Shown: one piece after another, positions 1-54,789 of the stretch
Layout: each line of letters opens with the position of its first letter
Numbering within the stretch: position 1 is the first letter of the stretch
DNA from: Octopus sinensis
Taxonomy: Eukaryota
Length of the DNA stretch: 64,000 nt
Assembly: GCF_006345805.1 (NCBI RefSeq)
Contig: NC_043010.1
Coordinates: forward strand, 15,934,001-15,998,000
Direction of reading: 5' to 3'
The notes under the pieces: generated by a model
What the model was told of the DNA's origin: nothing
Database searches by the model: none
The model's input: only the letters and a program-made list of their open reading frames with translations
Program-made: the position numbers and the translations under genes

Positions 1-361
1 GTTTCAGCTCAACAGAGAAGAATATTCTATTACCAAACCTGATTTCACTTGGAACATTTGATTGCCAGATGTTTTGAAGGTTATTCCAGGCATTTCGGGT
101 TTGCACCTGTCAGGAAGTCTTTCTTACTATCAGTAGCAGCGTAGTACCCCTAAGGTACTTAGTATCATTAATCTCCTTGAGTTTCTACTATTTCATATCA
201 CTCTTGATTTGTTCTCTCTCTCTCTCTCCCACTCCGTTTTCATCATGTAGAGTCTAGTATTGCAACTAAATAATGCAAACCATTTTGTTGGATGCATTTC
301 TAATAAGAATGAGAATAAGTTTTCATTAGGCATCAGCAAAACAATTTGTATTTGAAAAATC

Positions 362-782
362 GGATCTTTTTGGTTTGAACGGCAGTTTTTAACATAATTT
401 CTAGGTAACTAAAAAATTTTAAACTTCGTATACTGGTAGAATGTGTTTATAAAACATCTTTTTCTCTTGGCTTTATTGAGAAAATTCTAGAGTTTGTAAG
501 ATATTTGTTGTTGTTTTTCTTCAATTTCTGCAATTTTAACCAATCACTGACGTCTATTGAGGTAGAAAAACATTCTGTGCCATATGAATATGTCCTTCGT
601 TTAAGAAACAGATTGGGTTTATTTACATTTGTGAAGAAAAAAAGATACCCTTTCCCCACCCCTAACCAACCCTAACCCTAAAATAGATAGAAATGCAATA
701 GATCGATACTAGGGTCATAATTATGGGTGACAATTTCATATGAGACTGCTAGAAAAAACTGCCGTTCAAACTGAAAAGATCC
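362..782 (+). mobile_element. ~420-bp TIR MITE (family M), copy 1; Merlin-like by termini and TSD
   Basis: TIR GGATCTTTT(C/T)GGTTTGAACGGCAGTTTTT...AAAAACTGCCGTTCAAAC(C/T)GAAAAGATCC; perfect 8-bp TSD GAAAAATC; internal CCCTAA repeats. Confidence 0.9.
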
Positions 783-918
783 GAAAAATCTAGAAGATTA
801 ATCTGAGTTTATTACTTGCGTCTCTCAGTGAATGGGAAAATAAAGCCAGCTCTGAATACACAACTACAAAAGCCAGACCAAATATAGTTATATATTTTCC
901 TACTGTTTGTCTTCACAG

Positions 919-42286
<41,368 letters not shown>

Positions 42287-42578
42287 AGAACAACTTCTAT
42301 TTTTCTGACAGTGTGAGAGGAGAGGCAAGGGTGTGTCAAAGGGACAAATGGACAATACCACCACCACCACTACAACTACAACCATCACCATCACCACATT
42401 TGCTAACTTTCATGTCACACCTCAGTGCATCTCATCATTTACCATTTCATATTTAACATTTTAATATTTTTTGTTCAAACTTGTAAACAAAACTTTTTTC
42501 ACATTGACCTGTAAAGCCAAAACATGTTAGTGTGTATGTGTGTGAGCCTGAGCCTGTGTGTATGAGTCTATGTATGTG

Positions 42579-42634
<56 letters not shown>

Positions 42635-42700
42635 TATGCATTCAGTGTGTTTGTGTTGTGTGTGTATATTTGGCCATTTGTTTAAGATCTGTTTTTCCAT

Positions 42701-42835
42701 GTTAAGTTAAGTTAATTTTTTGGCTCAAAAAGCAAATGCAAAGCCATGTAGGGGGACATGGAGTTATGTACAGGGAGGGCGTTCATGCAAAGAGTTCAGG
42801 CCATTTCTGGTCAAGAGAGACTTTGAACCGAGCAG
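42701..42835 (-). mobile_element. Short 3' end of the same CR1 family
   Basis: Similar to 34930-35065, (TTAAC)n tail. Confidence 0.8.
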
Positions 42836-43071
42836 ATTTGGTTTCAGTCCTACTTTGCAGTTTTACTTAGCAAGGGTTTGGATGGATAGTTCGTTTAGGT
42901 AGGATTTTGTGGGTGTGTATGTGTATAGGTAATATAAATGTAGGTATCTATGTTTGCATGGGTTACCTAGAAAGTTACATAAGGTAGGCTTTTTTTATAG
43001 CCTACCCATACTTGTTTTTCAAGTAAGGGATTTTCTTTAAAAAAAAAAACACTTCAAAAATTAGTGATGGT

Positions 43072-43077
43072 AATAAA
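43072..43077 (+). terminator. Candidate SMC3 polyadenylation signal
   Basis: First AATAAA I found after the stop codon (next at 43617); no transcript evidence. Confidence 0.3.
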
Positions 43078-43987
43078 TCAAGAAATACAAGGAGAATTTG
43101 TGATGGCATTAATTACAAATCTGATGTGCATATGTGTATGTATATATTCACATATGAAGACATGCACATCCATATTTGTATGTTAGGATATTTATCCAAA
43201 TTTATATTTACCCGTATCTATGTATGTTTATATGTATATACACATAGGTACAAATAAGTTCAGTAATGGTTGCATTAGTAGGAAGATTAATTCACCGTCA
43301 CAATATTTCAGGCTTGGTCTACAAGAGTGGCACATTGGGTACGTGTCTCCCTTCAAAAGCTGCTGGCAGACTAATGCCTTGGATATGCAGGAGGCTCACA
43401 TTCCTGCATTTAAGTGACCCTTACCAAATGTATTGAGTGTCACTTCCTTTCATTTGTTCACTCACTTGCATACACACACACACACACACACGACATAAAT
43501 ACTCACATGTTTTCACTTTCTGAATCCTTGCACGAAAGAGTTGAGAAAAAATTTGGTAATATTTGTTGAAATTTCATTTGAACAAATCATTTCAAGGATC
43601 TGTATTTCACAAGAATAATAAACCCCATAACTTGGAAAACAGGGATTGTGGGCAAGAAGGGCATTGGACAATATATCTCAATATATTTTCATCTAGATCA
43701 GGTTAAGATTGAAACAAATGTATCACAGATGAACAATGTGTGTGTGTATGTTTATGTATATGTGTGTATGTGGAGCGCTCAGCCATTTGCATGTTAATTT
43801 CAATTCATTGTTGTAACCGACAAAGTGCCAGTTATATATGTAGATGAGTGTATATTTAGGTATATTATGTGTGTATGTATATGCACACCCACACACTCAC
43901 ACACATACATATATATATACATCTACAGAGGATGGGCCAAAAATCACGCACCAAGATAAAACTCATTTAATATATATCGGACGTTTG

Positions 43988-44204
43988 AGGTGGTAAGCTG
44001 GTGGAATCATTAGCATGCCTGGCAAAATGCTTCGTGGCATTTCCTCTGTCCTTACGTTCTGAGTTCAAATTCTGCCAAGATCGACTTGGCCTTCCATCCT
44101 TTTGGGGATCAATAAATTAAGTACCAGTTGTCTATTAGGGTTGATGTAATTAACTTAACTCTTCTCCTGAAATTGCTGGCCTTATGCCAGAATTTGAAAG
44201 CAAT
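43988..44204 (+). mobile_element. SINE family 4, older copy with a different tail
   Basis: Same head and core as 12056. Confidence 0.65.
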
Positions 44205-44320
44205 ATATGTATATTGCACGTTTCAAGAAAACAACACTTCAATTTCAAGGCAGAACATATTAGAAAATGTCAGAAATGTTGAAAATGTTTCAGATGTTTG
44301 CAGCTTTTGTTATATTCTCT

Positions 44321-44515
44321 TTACTCTTTCACTTGTTTCAGTCATTTGACTGTGGCCATGCTGGAGCATCGCTTTTAGTCAAGCGCATCGACCCTAGGAC
44401 TTATTCTTTGTAAGCCTAGTACTTATTCTATTGGTATCTTTTGCCGAACAGCTAAGTTACGGGGACGTAAACACACCAGCATTGGTTGTCAAGCGATGTT
44501 GGGGGGACAAACACA
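44321..44515 (-). mobile_element. SINE family 1, 3' half
   Basis: Breaks at the internal microsatellite. Confidence 0.84.
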
Positions 44516-44538
44516 CATACATACATACATACATATAT

Positions 44539-44579
<41 letters not shown>

Positions 44580-44581
<2 letters not shown>

Positions 44582-44718
44582 TCATCATCGTCGTTTAACA
44601 TCCACTTTCCATGCTAGCATGGGTTAGACGATTTTGACTGAGGGCTGGCGAACCAGATGGCTACACCAGGCCCCAATCTTGATCTGGCAGAGTTTCTACA
44701 GCTGGATGCCCTTCCTAA
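44580..44718 (-). mobile_element. Retroposon family 2, short
   Basis: 3' part. Confidence 0.8.
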
Positions 44719-45532
44719 AACAACAAAAGGAACTTGATCTCTCTTACTAGATGTTGCTGTTGTTGTAATTCGAGTAAGACTCGTTTATTATTACAAGCGT
44801 TGTTGGGCTTCTGCAACTGAGCAATTGTATAATGGCTGACCTCCGAAATCTTTCAACTGCGGCGTCTGGGGACAGTCTTTCTCGTCTGGCACCTTGCTAT
44901 TGGATGCATTCTCAGGGGTAGATACTTCCTTTTCTTTGACTGGATTATCAGCATCAGCATCTTGAATCTTGTTCATCTTTTACTTTTGAAGGAGTTCGTT
45001 GTTGCTTCTGACATGGAATATAGCCATGTTCTTCTAAGAAGGATTCCTACTCCTTGATAATGGTCTTCTGTTGTTCCAATTATCACAGAAGTTAAGTCTG
45101 TGATGCTTTGAACCTGGACATAAGAATATCCGTAGATCATTGATTGATTGATTGATTCTAGTTTCAGCTCATGAGCTGTGGCCATGCTGGGGCACCGCCA
45201 AACTTTTGCATTACAATACTTTGTTGCTTAAGTCTTTTGACAACTCTTTGATATAATGGAGAGATTGAAGCTTCCTCTCATATTTGGTCAAACTATTTGT
45301 CTGAGTGGAGAGATTGTCCTGCTTCTTGGCCAACTCACGGAAAACTGTGAAGAAGGGCTGGTCACTACCCGCCATGATGGCCAAAGGGGTGGGCAAAAGC
45401 ACAGACGATATTCTTCTTGGTTTATTTTGTTTTTTTCTGATTGATTTTTTTTTCTTGCACAACAAGAACTGCCAAACGTTACATATATATTATATATATA
45501 TGCATGCATGCATACATACATACGTATGTACG

Positions 45533-45870
45533 TAGTGTCTTCTACTATAGCCTTGGGCTGACCAAAACCTTGTGGGTGGATTTGGTAGACAGAAACTGAA
45601 AGAAGCCCGTCGTATATATATATATGTATGTGTGTGTATATGTTTGTGTGTCTGTGTTTGTCCCCCACCCACCCAACATCGCTTGACAACCGATGCTGGT
45701 GTGTTTACATCCCCATCACTTAGCAGTTCGGCAAGAGAGACCGATAGAATAAGTATACTAGGCTTACAAAGAATAAGTCCTGGGGGTCGTTTTCCTCGAC
45801 TAGAGGCGGTGCTCCAGCATGGCCACAGTCAAATGACTGAAACAAGTAAAAGTAAAGAGAAAGAGAGTAA
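45533..45870 (+). mobile_element. SINE family 1, 5'-truncated
   Basis: Body and tail. Confidence 0.85.
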
Positions 45871-45989
45871 TGAATAAAATAAATAAAATAATGAATAAGA
45901 TAAAATAAAATAAAATAATGAATACACATGTACATGTACATGAGGAACAAAATGAATGTGTTTTGGTACGTGACCTTTGGCCCACTCTA

Positions 45990-46251
45990 GATGTGCATAT
46001 ACATGCATGTGTGTGTGTATATATATATATATATTACATAATATTTACGTGTGTTTGTGCATGTATATGTGTCTATCTATATTATATACACAACACACAC
46101 ATATATACATTTACATATATATATTTACACATACGCCTACATATACATACACATGTGTATGTATATATACATGTGCATGTAGATGTGTGTTTGTATATAT
46201 ATGTATATATATGTGTGTGTATATATATGTGTGTATATATATATGTGTGTG

Positions 46252-46282
<31 letters not shown>

Positions 46283-46469
46283 GTACGTATATGTATATAT
46301 ATATATATATACGTACGTATAAGTATATATATGTGTATGTATATATGTATATATATATGTATATGTATATATATATATGTATATATATATATGTATATAT
46401 ATATATGTATGTATATATATACATTATGTATATATATGTATGTTATCTATGTATGTATATATATATATG

Positions 46470-46500
<31 letters not shown>

Positions 46501-46933
46501 TATGTATATATATGTATGTATATATATGTATGGTATATATGATATATATGTATGTATATATATATATGTATGTATATATATATATGTAAGTATATATTAT
46601 ATGTAAGTATATATATATATATATATATGTATGTATATATATATAATACATACATATATATATATCTAACATACATATATATATATACATATATATATAC
46701 ATATATAGTATATACATATATATATATACATACCTATCTATATAGATACATATATACTATATATATATATATGTATATATAGAGTATTATATATAGTATA
46801 GTATATATATATATTATATATATATATATATGTATTATATATATATATATATATATGTATATAGATATATATGTATATATATATATATAATGTATATATA
46901 TATATAGATCTATATTATAGTATATATAATATG

Positions 46934-46966
<33 letters not shown>

Positions 46967-47108
46967 GTATATAATATGTATATATATATATGTAGTACTA
47001 TATGTATATATATATATGTATATATATATTGTTATATATATATGTATATATGTATATATATAATGTATATATTAATGGATATATATATATAGGGTATATA
47101 ATATACTA

Positions 47109-47149
<41 letters not shown>

Positions 47150-47172
47150 TATATATATCAGATATATCTAGG

Positions 47173-47204
<32 letters not shown>

Positions 47205-47492
47205 CATATATATATATATATAGTATATGTATATATATATACATATATATATGTATTATCTATAGATATACTATATATATATAATATATGTATATATATA
47301 TATATATATATATCTATATGTATATATATATACATATATATATGTATATATATCATATATATATATATATAATATATATGAATATATATATGTATATATA
47401 GATCTAGATATATCTATATATATATATGTATATATACTATATATATATATATATATATGTATATAATATATATAGATATATATATAATGTAG

Positions 47493-47574
<82 letters not shown>

Positions 47575-47668
47575 ATGTATATATATATGTATATATTAGT
47601 ATAATGTAATCTATAATGTATATATATATGTATATATATAATATATATGTATACTATCTATATATAGG

Positions 47669-47702
<34 letters not shown>

Positions 47703-47858
47703 TAGGTAGCTAATATATATTATATATATCATATATATCTATATATATAATATATATGTATATATAGATATATACCACATATAGATATATGTATATATAT
47801 ATGTATATATAGATATGTATATATGTATATATATATCTATATATAGTATATATATCTA

Positions 47859-47899
<41 letters not shown>

Positions 47900-48159
47900 A
47901 TATATATAGTATATATATATATACCTATCTATGTATATATAATATATAGACCCATAATATATATAATGTATATAGTATATATATATATATGTCTATTATA
48001 TATACCTATATATGTATATATATATATATATACACCCATATATATATATGTATATATATATATATATGTATATATATCTATATATATGTTATTATATATA
48101 TATATAATATATATGTATATATATATATACATATATATATATATGTATATTATATATGT

Positions 48160-48195
<36 letters not shown>

Positions 48196-48225
48196 CATAT
48201 ATATGTATATATATATATATAACAC

Positions 48226-48271
<46 letters not shown>

Positions 48272-48390
48272 CACATAGATATAATATGTATATATATATA
48301 TACATATATATGTTATATATATATACATATATATGTATTATATATATATACATATATATATATGTATATATATATAAACATTATATATAT

Positions 48391-48423
<33 letters not shown>

Positions 48424-48532
48424 GTATAATATATATATACATATATATATAATATATGTATATATATATATATCATATATATATATGTATATATATATAT
48501 ACTATATATATTATATGTATATATATATATCC

Positions 48533-48563
<31 letters not shown>

Positions 48564-48564
48564 C

Positions 48565-48611
<47 letters not shown>

Positions 48612-48660
48612 ATATGTATATATATATTACATATATATATATATGTATATATACATATAC

Positions 48661-48691
<31 letters not shown>

Positions 48692-49016
48692 CATATATAT
48701 TATATGATATAATATACATAATATATATGTATATGTATATATACATATATATATATGTATATGTATAATATATATATCTAATATCGTATATATATATATG
48801 TACATATATATATACCATATATATATTATATATATATGTACATATATATATATATGTATATAATATATACATATATATATATGTATATATATATATACAA
48901 TATATATAATATATATATATACACATATATATATATATTTATTATATATATACACATATATATATAATATGTATATATATACATATATATATATTGTATA
49001 TATATACATATATATA

Positions 49017-49047
<31 letters not shown>
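45990..49047. repeat. About 3-kb interrupted (TA)n array
   Basis: Directly visible. Confidence 0.95.
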
Positions 49048-49541
49048 GTTCAACTTTGACAAGAGGGTCACAGTGTTTTTGAGGTTTCAGCCTGCTGTTT
49101 GTTTGTTTGTCAGGTTGTCTGATAAGGGACTAATGAGGCAGGCCCAAGCTTCGAAGTTACTGTCGCTCCTCTTTTAATTAGGAGTTGGAATAAAATCTAT
49201 GTCCTTCTATGAAAAGTTATTGACTAAATTCTTCAGTTTGATGTTAAATTGATTTTATTTACAATGTGACATAAAAAAAAAAAGAAGATATTTCTGTAAC
49301 TGCTGCTACTTAAAAGCTAGAGCAAGCAATTTTGAAGATGGAGAACTCTGTAACCGAGGTTTGCTGCATGTAGCATGTATTTAGCTTGTTTTCAACCGTC
49401 TGTCATAAAAATGAAGTATTTCTATTAATATTGGATTCCTTTTTTTTGCAGTTATTTATATATATATCTTTGGCATGCTCTCGTTCGATGCAGGAAATGC
49501 TATTTACGTATAGTTTGTGTGTGTGTGTGTGTTCATACATA

Positions 49542-49599
<58 letters not shown>

Positions 49600-49647
49600 T
49601 ATACACATATACATCATTGTTTAATGTCTGCCTTCCATGCTGGCATG

Positions 49648-49732
49648 TATATATGTATATGTATGTGTATATATATATGTATGTGTATATATAATATTGT
49701 GTATATATATATATAGTATGTGTATATATATA

Positions 49733-49775
<43 letters not shown>

Positions 49776-49818
49776 ATATATATATATATGTATGTGTATA
49801 TATATATATATGTATGTG

Positions 49819-49857
<39 letters not shown>

Positions 49858-49931
49858 ATATATAATATATTATAGTATGTTGTATATATATATATATATA
49901 TATGTATGTGTATATATATATATATATGTAT

Positions 49932-49970
<39 letters not shown>

Positions 49971-50132
49971 GGTATATATATATATATGTATGTGTATATA
50001 TATATATGTATGTGTATATATATATATGTATGTGTATATATATATATATGTATGTGTATATATATATATATATATATGTATGTGTTATATATATATTATG
50101 TATGTGTATAGATATATATATATATGTATGTG

Positions 50133-50163
<31 letters not shown>

Positions 50164-50292
50164 ATATATATATATATGTATATATATATTATATATATGT
50201 ATGTGTATATATATATATATATGTATGTGTATATATATATATATATCTATGTATGTGTATATATATATATTGTATGTGTATATATATATATA

Positions 50293-50334
<42 letters not shown>

Positions 50335-50344
50335 ATATGTATGT

Positions 50345-50375
<31 letters not shown>

Positions 50376-50400
50376 ATATATATATATATATATATGTAGT

Positions 50401-50432
<32 letters not shown>

Positions 50433-50481
50433 ATATATATATATATGTATGTGTATATATATATATATATATATGTAGTGG

Positions 50482-50514
<33 letters not shown>

Positions 50515-50580
50515 ATATTATATATATATATATATGTATGTGTTATAATTATATATGTATGTGTATATTATATATATATG

Positions 50581-50651
<71 letters not shown>

Positions 50652-50667
50652 ATATATATATGTATGT

Positions 50668-50699
<32 letters not shown>

Positions 50700-50795
50700 A
50701 TATATATATATATATATATGTGTATGTGTATATAATATAGGTATATATGTATGTGTATATATATATATATGTATGTGTAAATATATATATATATG

Positions 50796-50834
<39 letters not shown>

Positions 50835-51007
50835 ATATATATGTATATATATGTATGTGTATATATATATATATGTATGTGTATATATATATAATATATG
50901 TATGTGTATGTATGTATTATATATATATATGTATATATGTTATGTATATATGTAGGTAGGTATATATATGTGTATATATGTATTGTATATATGTATATGT
51001 ATGTATG

Positions 51008-51050
<43 letters not shown>
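49648..51050. repeat. About 1.4-kb [GTATGT(G)(TA)n] compound array
   Basis: Directly visible. Confidence 0.95.
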
Positions 51051-51053
<3 letters not shown>

Positions 51054-51243
51054 GAGTTTCGAGAAAAAAAAAAACAAAGTACAAAGACAGGTGGTGTAGA
51101 AAAAAACAGATGTATTAGTATAACGCTCAGGAATAGAAAAAGTCTTTTACGTTTCGAGCCTATGCTCTTCTACAGAAAGGGACAGAAAAAACAAGGAGAG
51201 AAAAAAAATGTGTGTAGTGGCTAACGATCTATCATGGCGTCTC
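51051..51243 (-). mobile_element. 193-bp (TA)n-embedded element with minimal hammerhead motif (Penelope pLTR/retrozyme-like)
   Basis: Flanked by (TA)n on both sides; shares hammerhead and TTCCTGAGCGT with 58727-58896. Confidence 0.6.
51144..51179 (-). ncRNA. Minimal type I hammerhead ribozyme-like motif (A6U core variant)
   Basis: CTTT CTGTAGA A GAGC-ATAG-GCTC GAAA CG TA AAAG. Confidence 0.62.
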
Positions 51244-51331
51244 ATATATATATATATACGTCTTGTGGCGTATAATATACATATACATATGTATATATCA
51301 TCATTGTTTAACGTCTGCCTTCCATGCTGGC

Positions 51332-51374
<43 letters not shown>

Positions 51375-51744
51375 TAGATAGATGTGACTATACATAAGGT
51401 ATTTATACATGTGTCTGTTTGTAACTGTGCCTGAATATTAACAGCTCACACTTTTACTTGTCGTTGCCAGTGATATTATTTGCTGTTCACATTCTGACTG
51501 GTTGCTGAAAGGTTTGGAAGATCTGTGGAATGGCAATTTCCTTACTTAAAGCAGAGTTAAATATTGCCAACAACAGGAACATTCGCATAAAATTTTGCTT
51601 TACATAAGTCCTCCCCATTCAACTCCTGCTAATATGGAAAAAAACAGACATTGAATGGATAAATATTTGTATGTGTGTATATATATAAATATGGATACAC
51701 ACAAGCAGACTTATGTGGGCATACTTTGTGTTTGTGTGTCTGTA

Positions 51745-51907
51745 TAGGCGCAGGAGTAGCTGTGTGGTAAGTAGCTTGCTAACCAACCACATGGTTCCGG
51801 GTTCAGTCCCACTGCGTGGCATCTTGGGAAGTATCTTCTGCTATAGCCCCGGGCCGACCAATGCCTTGTGAGTGGATCTGGTAGACGGAAACTGAAAGAA
51901 GCCTGTC

Positions 51908-51941
<34 letters not shown>

Positions 51942-52135
51942 GTTTGTCCCCCTAGCATTGGTTGACAACCGATGCTGGTGTGCTTACGTCCCCGCCACTT
52001 AGTGGTTCGTCAAAAAGAGACCGATAGAATAAGTACTGGGCTTACAAAGAATAAGTCCCGAGATCGATTTGCTCGACTAAAGGCGGTGCTCCAGCATGGC
52101 CGCAGTCAAATGACTGAAACAAGTAAAAGAAAAAA
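51745..52135 (+). mobile_element. SINE family 1
   Basis: Full length. Confidence 0.88.
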
Positions 52136-52885
52136 AGAAGAAAAAAAATGGCAATGTGGTCCTCACCTGCAGTGTTTTGCAGTCTTTCGGGTTTACTCTC
52201 ACTTCCTCAGTACCTTCTGCTTTGGTTCAGGGCGTATCCGTACCCTGTGAGGTAATTTGTTTGATGGAAGCTGTTAGAAACCCATCATGTCAGTTCTACA
52301 CACACACACACACACACACACGCAGTTCTGTGTGTGTGTGTGTATGTTCATGTTTGTGTCTGTGTGAACAAAATCACAGTGTGGCCCAAACCCTTTTGCA
52401 GTTCATTTACAAACAGTGATAATCACTGGTAGTGCCTGTTACCATTTCATTTTATCAAATCAAGGAGTAGCTCTGTGCTTTAGAATTCCTCTGGAATCGG
52501 TGATCCCTTACTTGAAAAACATGTAAGGGGGTGTCAACAGGAAATGCATCTGGCTATAAAAATCATGCCCCAATCTTCATCCATCGAGACCATGGCTAGC
52601 ATGGGAAGATAGGTGTTAAATGATACAAAGAAACAATAATTTTATGTCCATTTTTCCATTATAATGTGTTAGAGATATAGATGTTATTGTGGCATTGTTT
52701 TACAGCCAAACATTATATATATATATATATGGTGGTGCCCCAGCATGGCCACAGCTCGTGAGCTGAAACTAGATAAAATTTAAAAAAAAATATATATATA
52801 TACACATATACATACATATATATATATACATGCCAGCATTGAAGGCAGATGTTAAACAATGATGATATATACATATGTATATATA

Positions 52886-52921
<36 letters not shown>

Positions 52922-54152
52922 AATATAAACCAGCTTAGAAGAGAAGAAGAAACAAAACGAATCGAATCAACGCGAAGGCGCTCAGTCATACAATAGTGTA
53001 ATAAATAAAATATATGTATGTACCTACATCTACATGTATATATACATGCATATATAAATATATATACGTGTGTACAGGACACTACAAATAGACGTAGAAC
53101 TCAACGAGAAACGAAAACGTAAAAACAGCATGAACATATGTATGTATGTATGTACATACACGCATGCCTGTTTTTCAAGGTAGGGGTCTCTTATTTCACT
53201 CTCTTTGAAGGTGCAAGTGGCCAATTTGTGGTCAGTGATAACATCTCTTCTAGCTTGCAACTTTCTTGGAGTACAGTTCCGAACACACACACATGCTGCA
53301 TACTTCATGCTTGCATGGGTCAGACAGAATCTGTTAAGGTAGATTTTTGTTTTTTTTATGGCTGGATGACGAAACATTTACATAGAATACTGGAAATGAA
53401 CAACCTGACTTGTATGATGATGATGATGATGATGATGATACTCATTTACCGTTACCTACACAAGGGTACACATAGACATACATATGCAATATATACAATA
53501 TATATACAATATATACACGCACACACTCATGCATACATATGCATAACAGGCTTTTTCCAGTCTGTCCACCAGATCCATTCATAAGACTCGCAGAAGATGC
53601 TTGCTCAAGATGGTGTGCAGTTAAACTGAAGCCAAAACCACATGATTGGGAAGCAAGCTTTTAACCACACCCCTTACATGCGGTGCCCCAGCATGGCCAC
53701 AGCTCGTGAGTTGAAACTAGATAAAATAAAAAAAACCCCAAAAAAACCACACACACATAATTGTCATTTAACGTCTGTTTTTTATGCTGGCATGGGTTGG
53801 ATGGTTTGACAGGAGTTAGCCAGGCTTCATGTTGGTTTTGGCATAGTTTTTACAATTGGATGTCCTTCCTAGCACCAGCTGCTTTATAGAGTGGCATGGG
53901 TGCTTTTTTGTGGCACTGGTATGGGTGCTTTATACATGGCACCAGCAACCATGACCCCACAAGATTATGAATATTTAGTTGGAGAGGGATTCAGGGAATA
54001 TGCCTGTATACAAGGACAACCACATTTTTACTTAGCAAACTGCCAGGAGTCTCACTTCACCTGTCATCACCTTTGGGACCCAACTTATGAAGATCCTTTT
54101 TCACCGCTTCCTTCCATGGCTCTTCCTAGCTCTACCCCTTCTACATGTTCGT

Positions 54153-54452
54153 TCATTTAACGTCCGTTTTCCATGCTAGCATAGGTTGGACGATTTTGAC
54201 TGAGGGCTGGTGAACCAGATGGCCGCACCAGGCCCCAATCTTGATCTGGCAGAGTTTCTACAGCTGGATGCCCTTCCTAACGCCAACCACTCCGAGAGTG
54301 TAGTGGGTGATTTTTTTATGTGCCACCAGCACGGGGGGGGGGGCAGTCAGGCGGTACTGGCAATGACCTCGCTCGAATCTTTTTACACGTGCCATCGGCA
54401 CAGGTGCCAGTGAAGCGACGTTGGTAACGATCACGCTCGAATGGTGCCCTTG
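54153..54452 (-). mobile_element. Retroposon family 2
   Basis: Family sequence. Confidence 0.83.
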
Positions 54453-54469
54453 TATGTGTAGAAATAAGC

Positions 54470-54650
54470 AAATGGATGAGGAAGCATCTGTCCTCATCCA
54501 CACACATCACATGACCAAACCAGTCCAGTCTTCCCTCTTACACTCTACATCTGATGCCTCATATACTCAGGTTTTCTCTCAAATCACTTACCATCTGTTG
54601 TATATGCCACACTGGCATTACCCATCCAGTGTGGCATCTTGTCACCATTT
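54470..54650 (-). mobile_element. Old RTE RT C-terminal fragment
   Basis: LRENLSI*GIRCRV*EGRLDWFGHVM. Confidence 0.6.
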
Positions 54651-54789
54651 CTTTTAAGCCTCCACATTATTCATACACTTAAGTGTATTAATAATGACAG
54701 AAAGAAAAACTAGCCAGAAATAATGTGCACACACACATATAGATATTAAGTACTGTACATATGTGTGTGAGTGAGTGCATGTATATATT

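Noticed and set aside
648-681. CCCTAA repeats as a telomere or fusion scar
   Set aside because: Only 1-3 units, always at the same position inside the MITE
45918-50959. Long YIYI/ICMC ORFs (up to 303 aa)
   Set aside because: Translations of (TA)n arrays, which lack stop codons; not genes
52921-53135. Two short non-TA inserts as more hammerhead elements
   Set aside because: One shares only CTGAGCG; no CUGANGA/GAAA core on either strand
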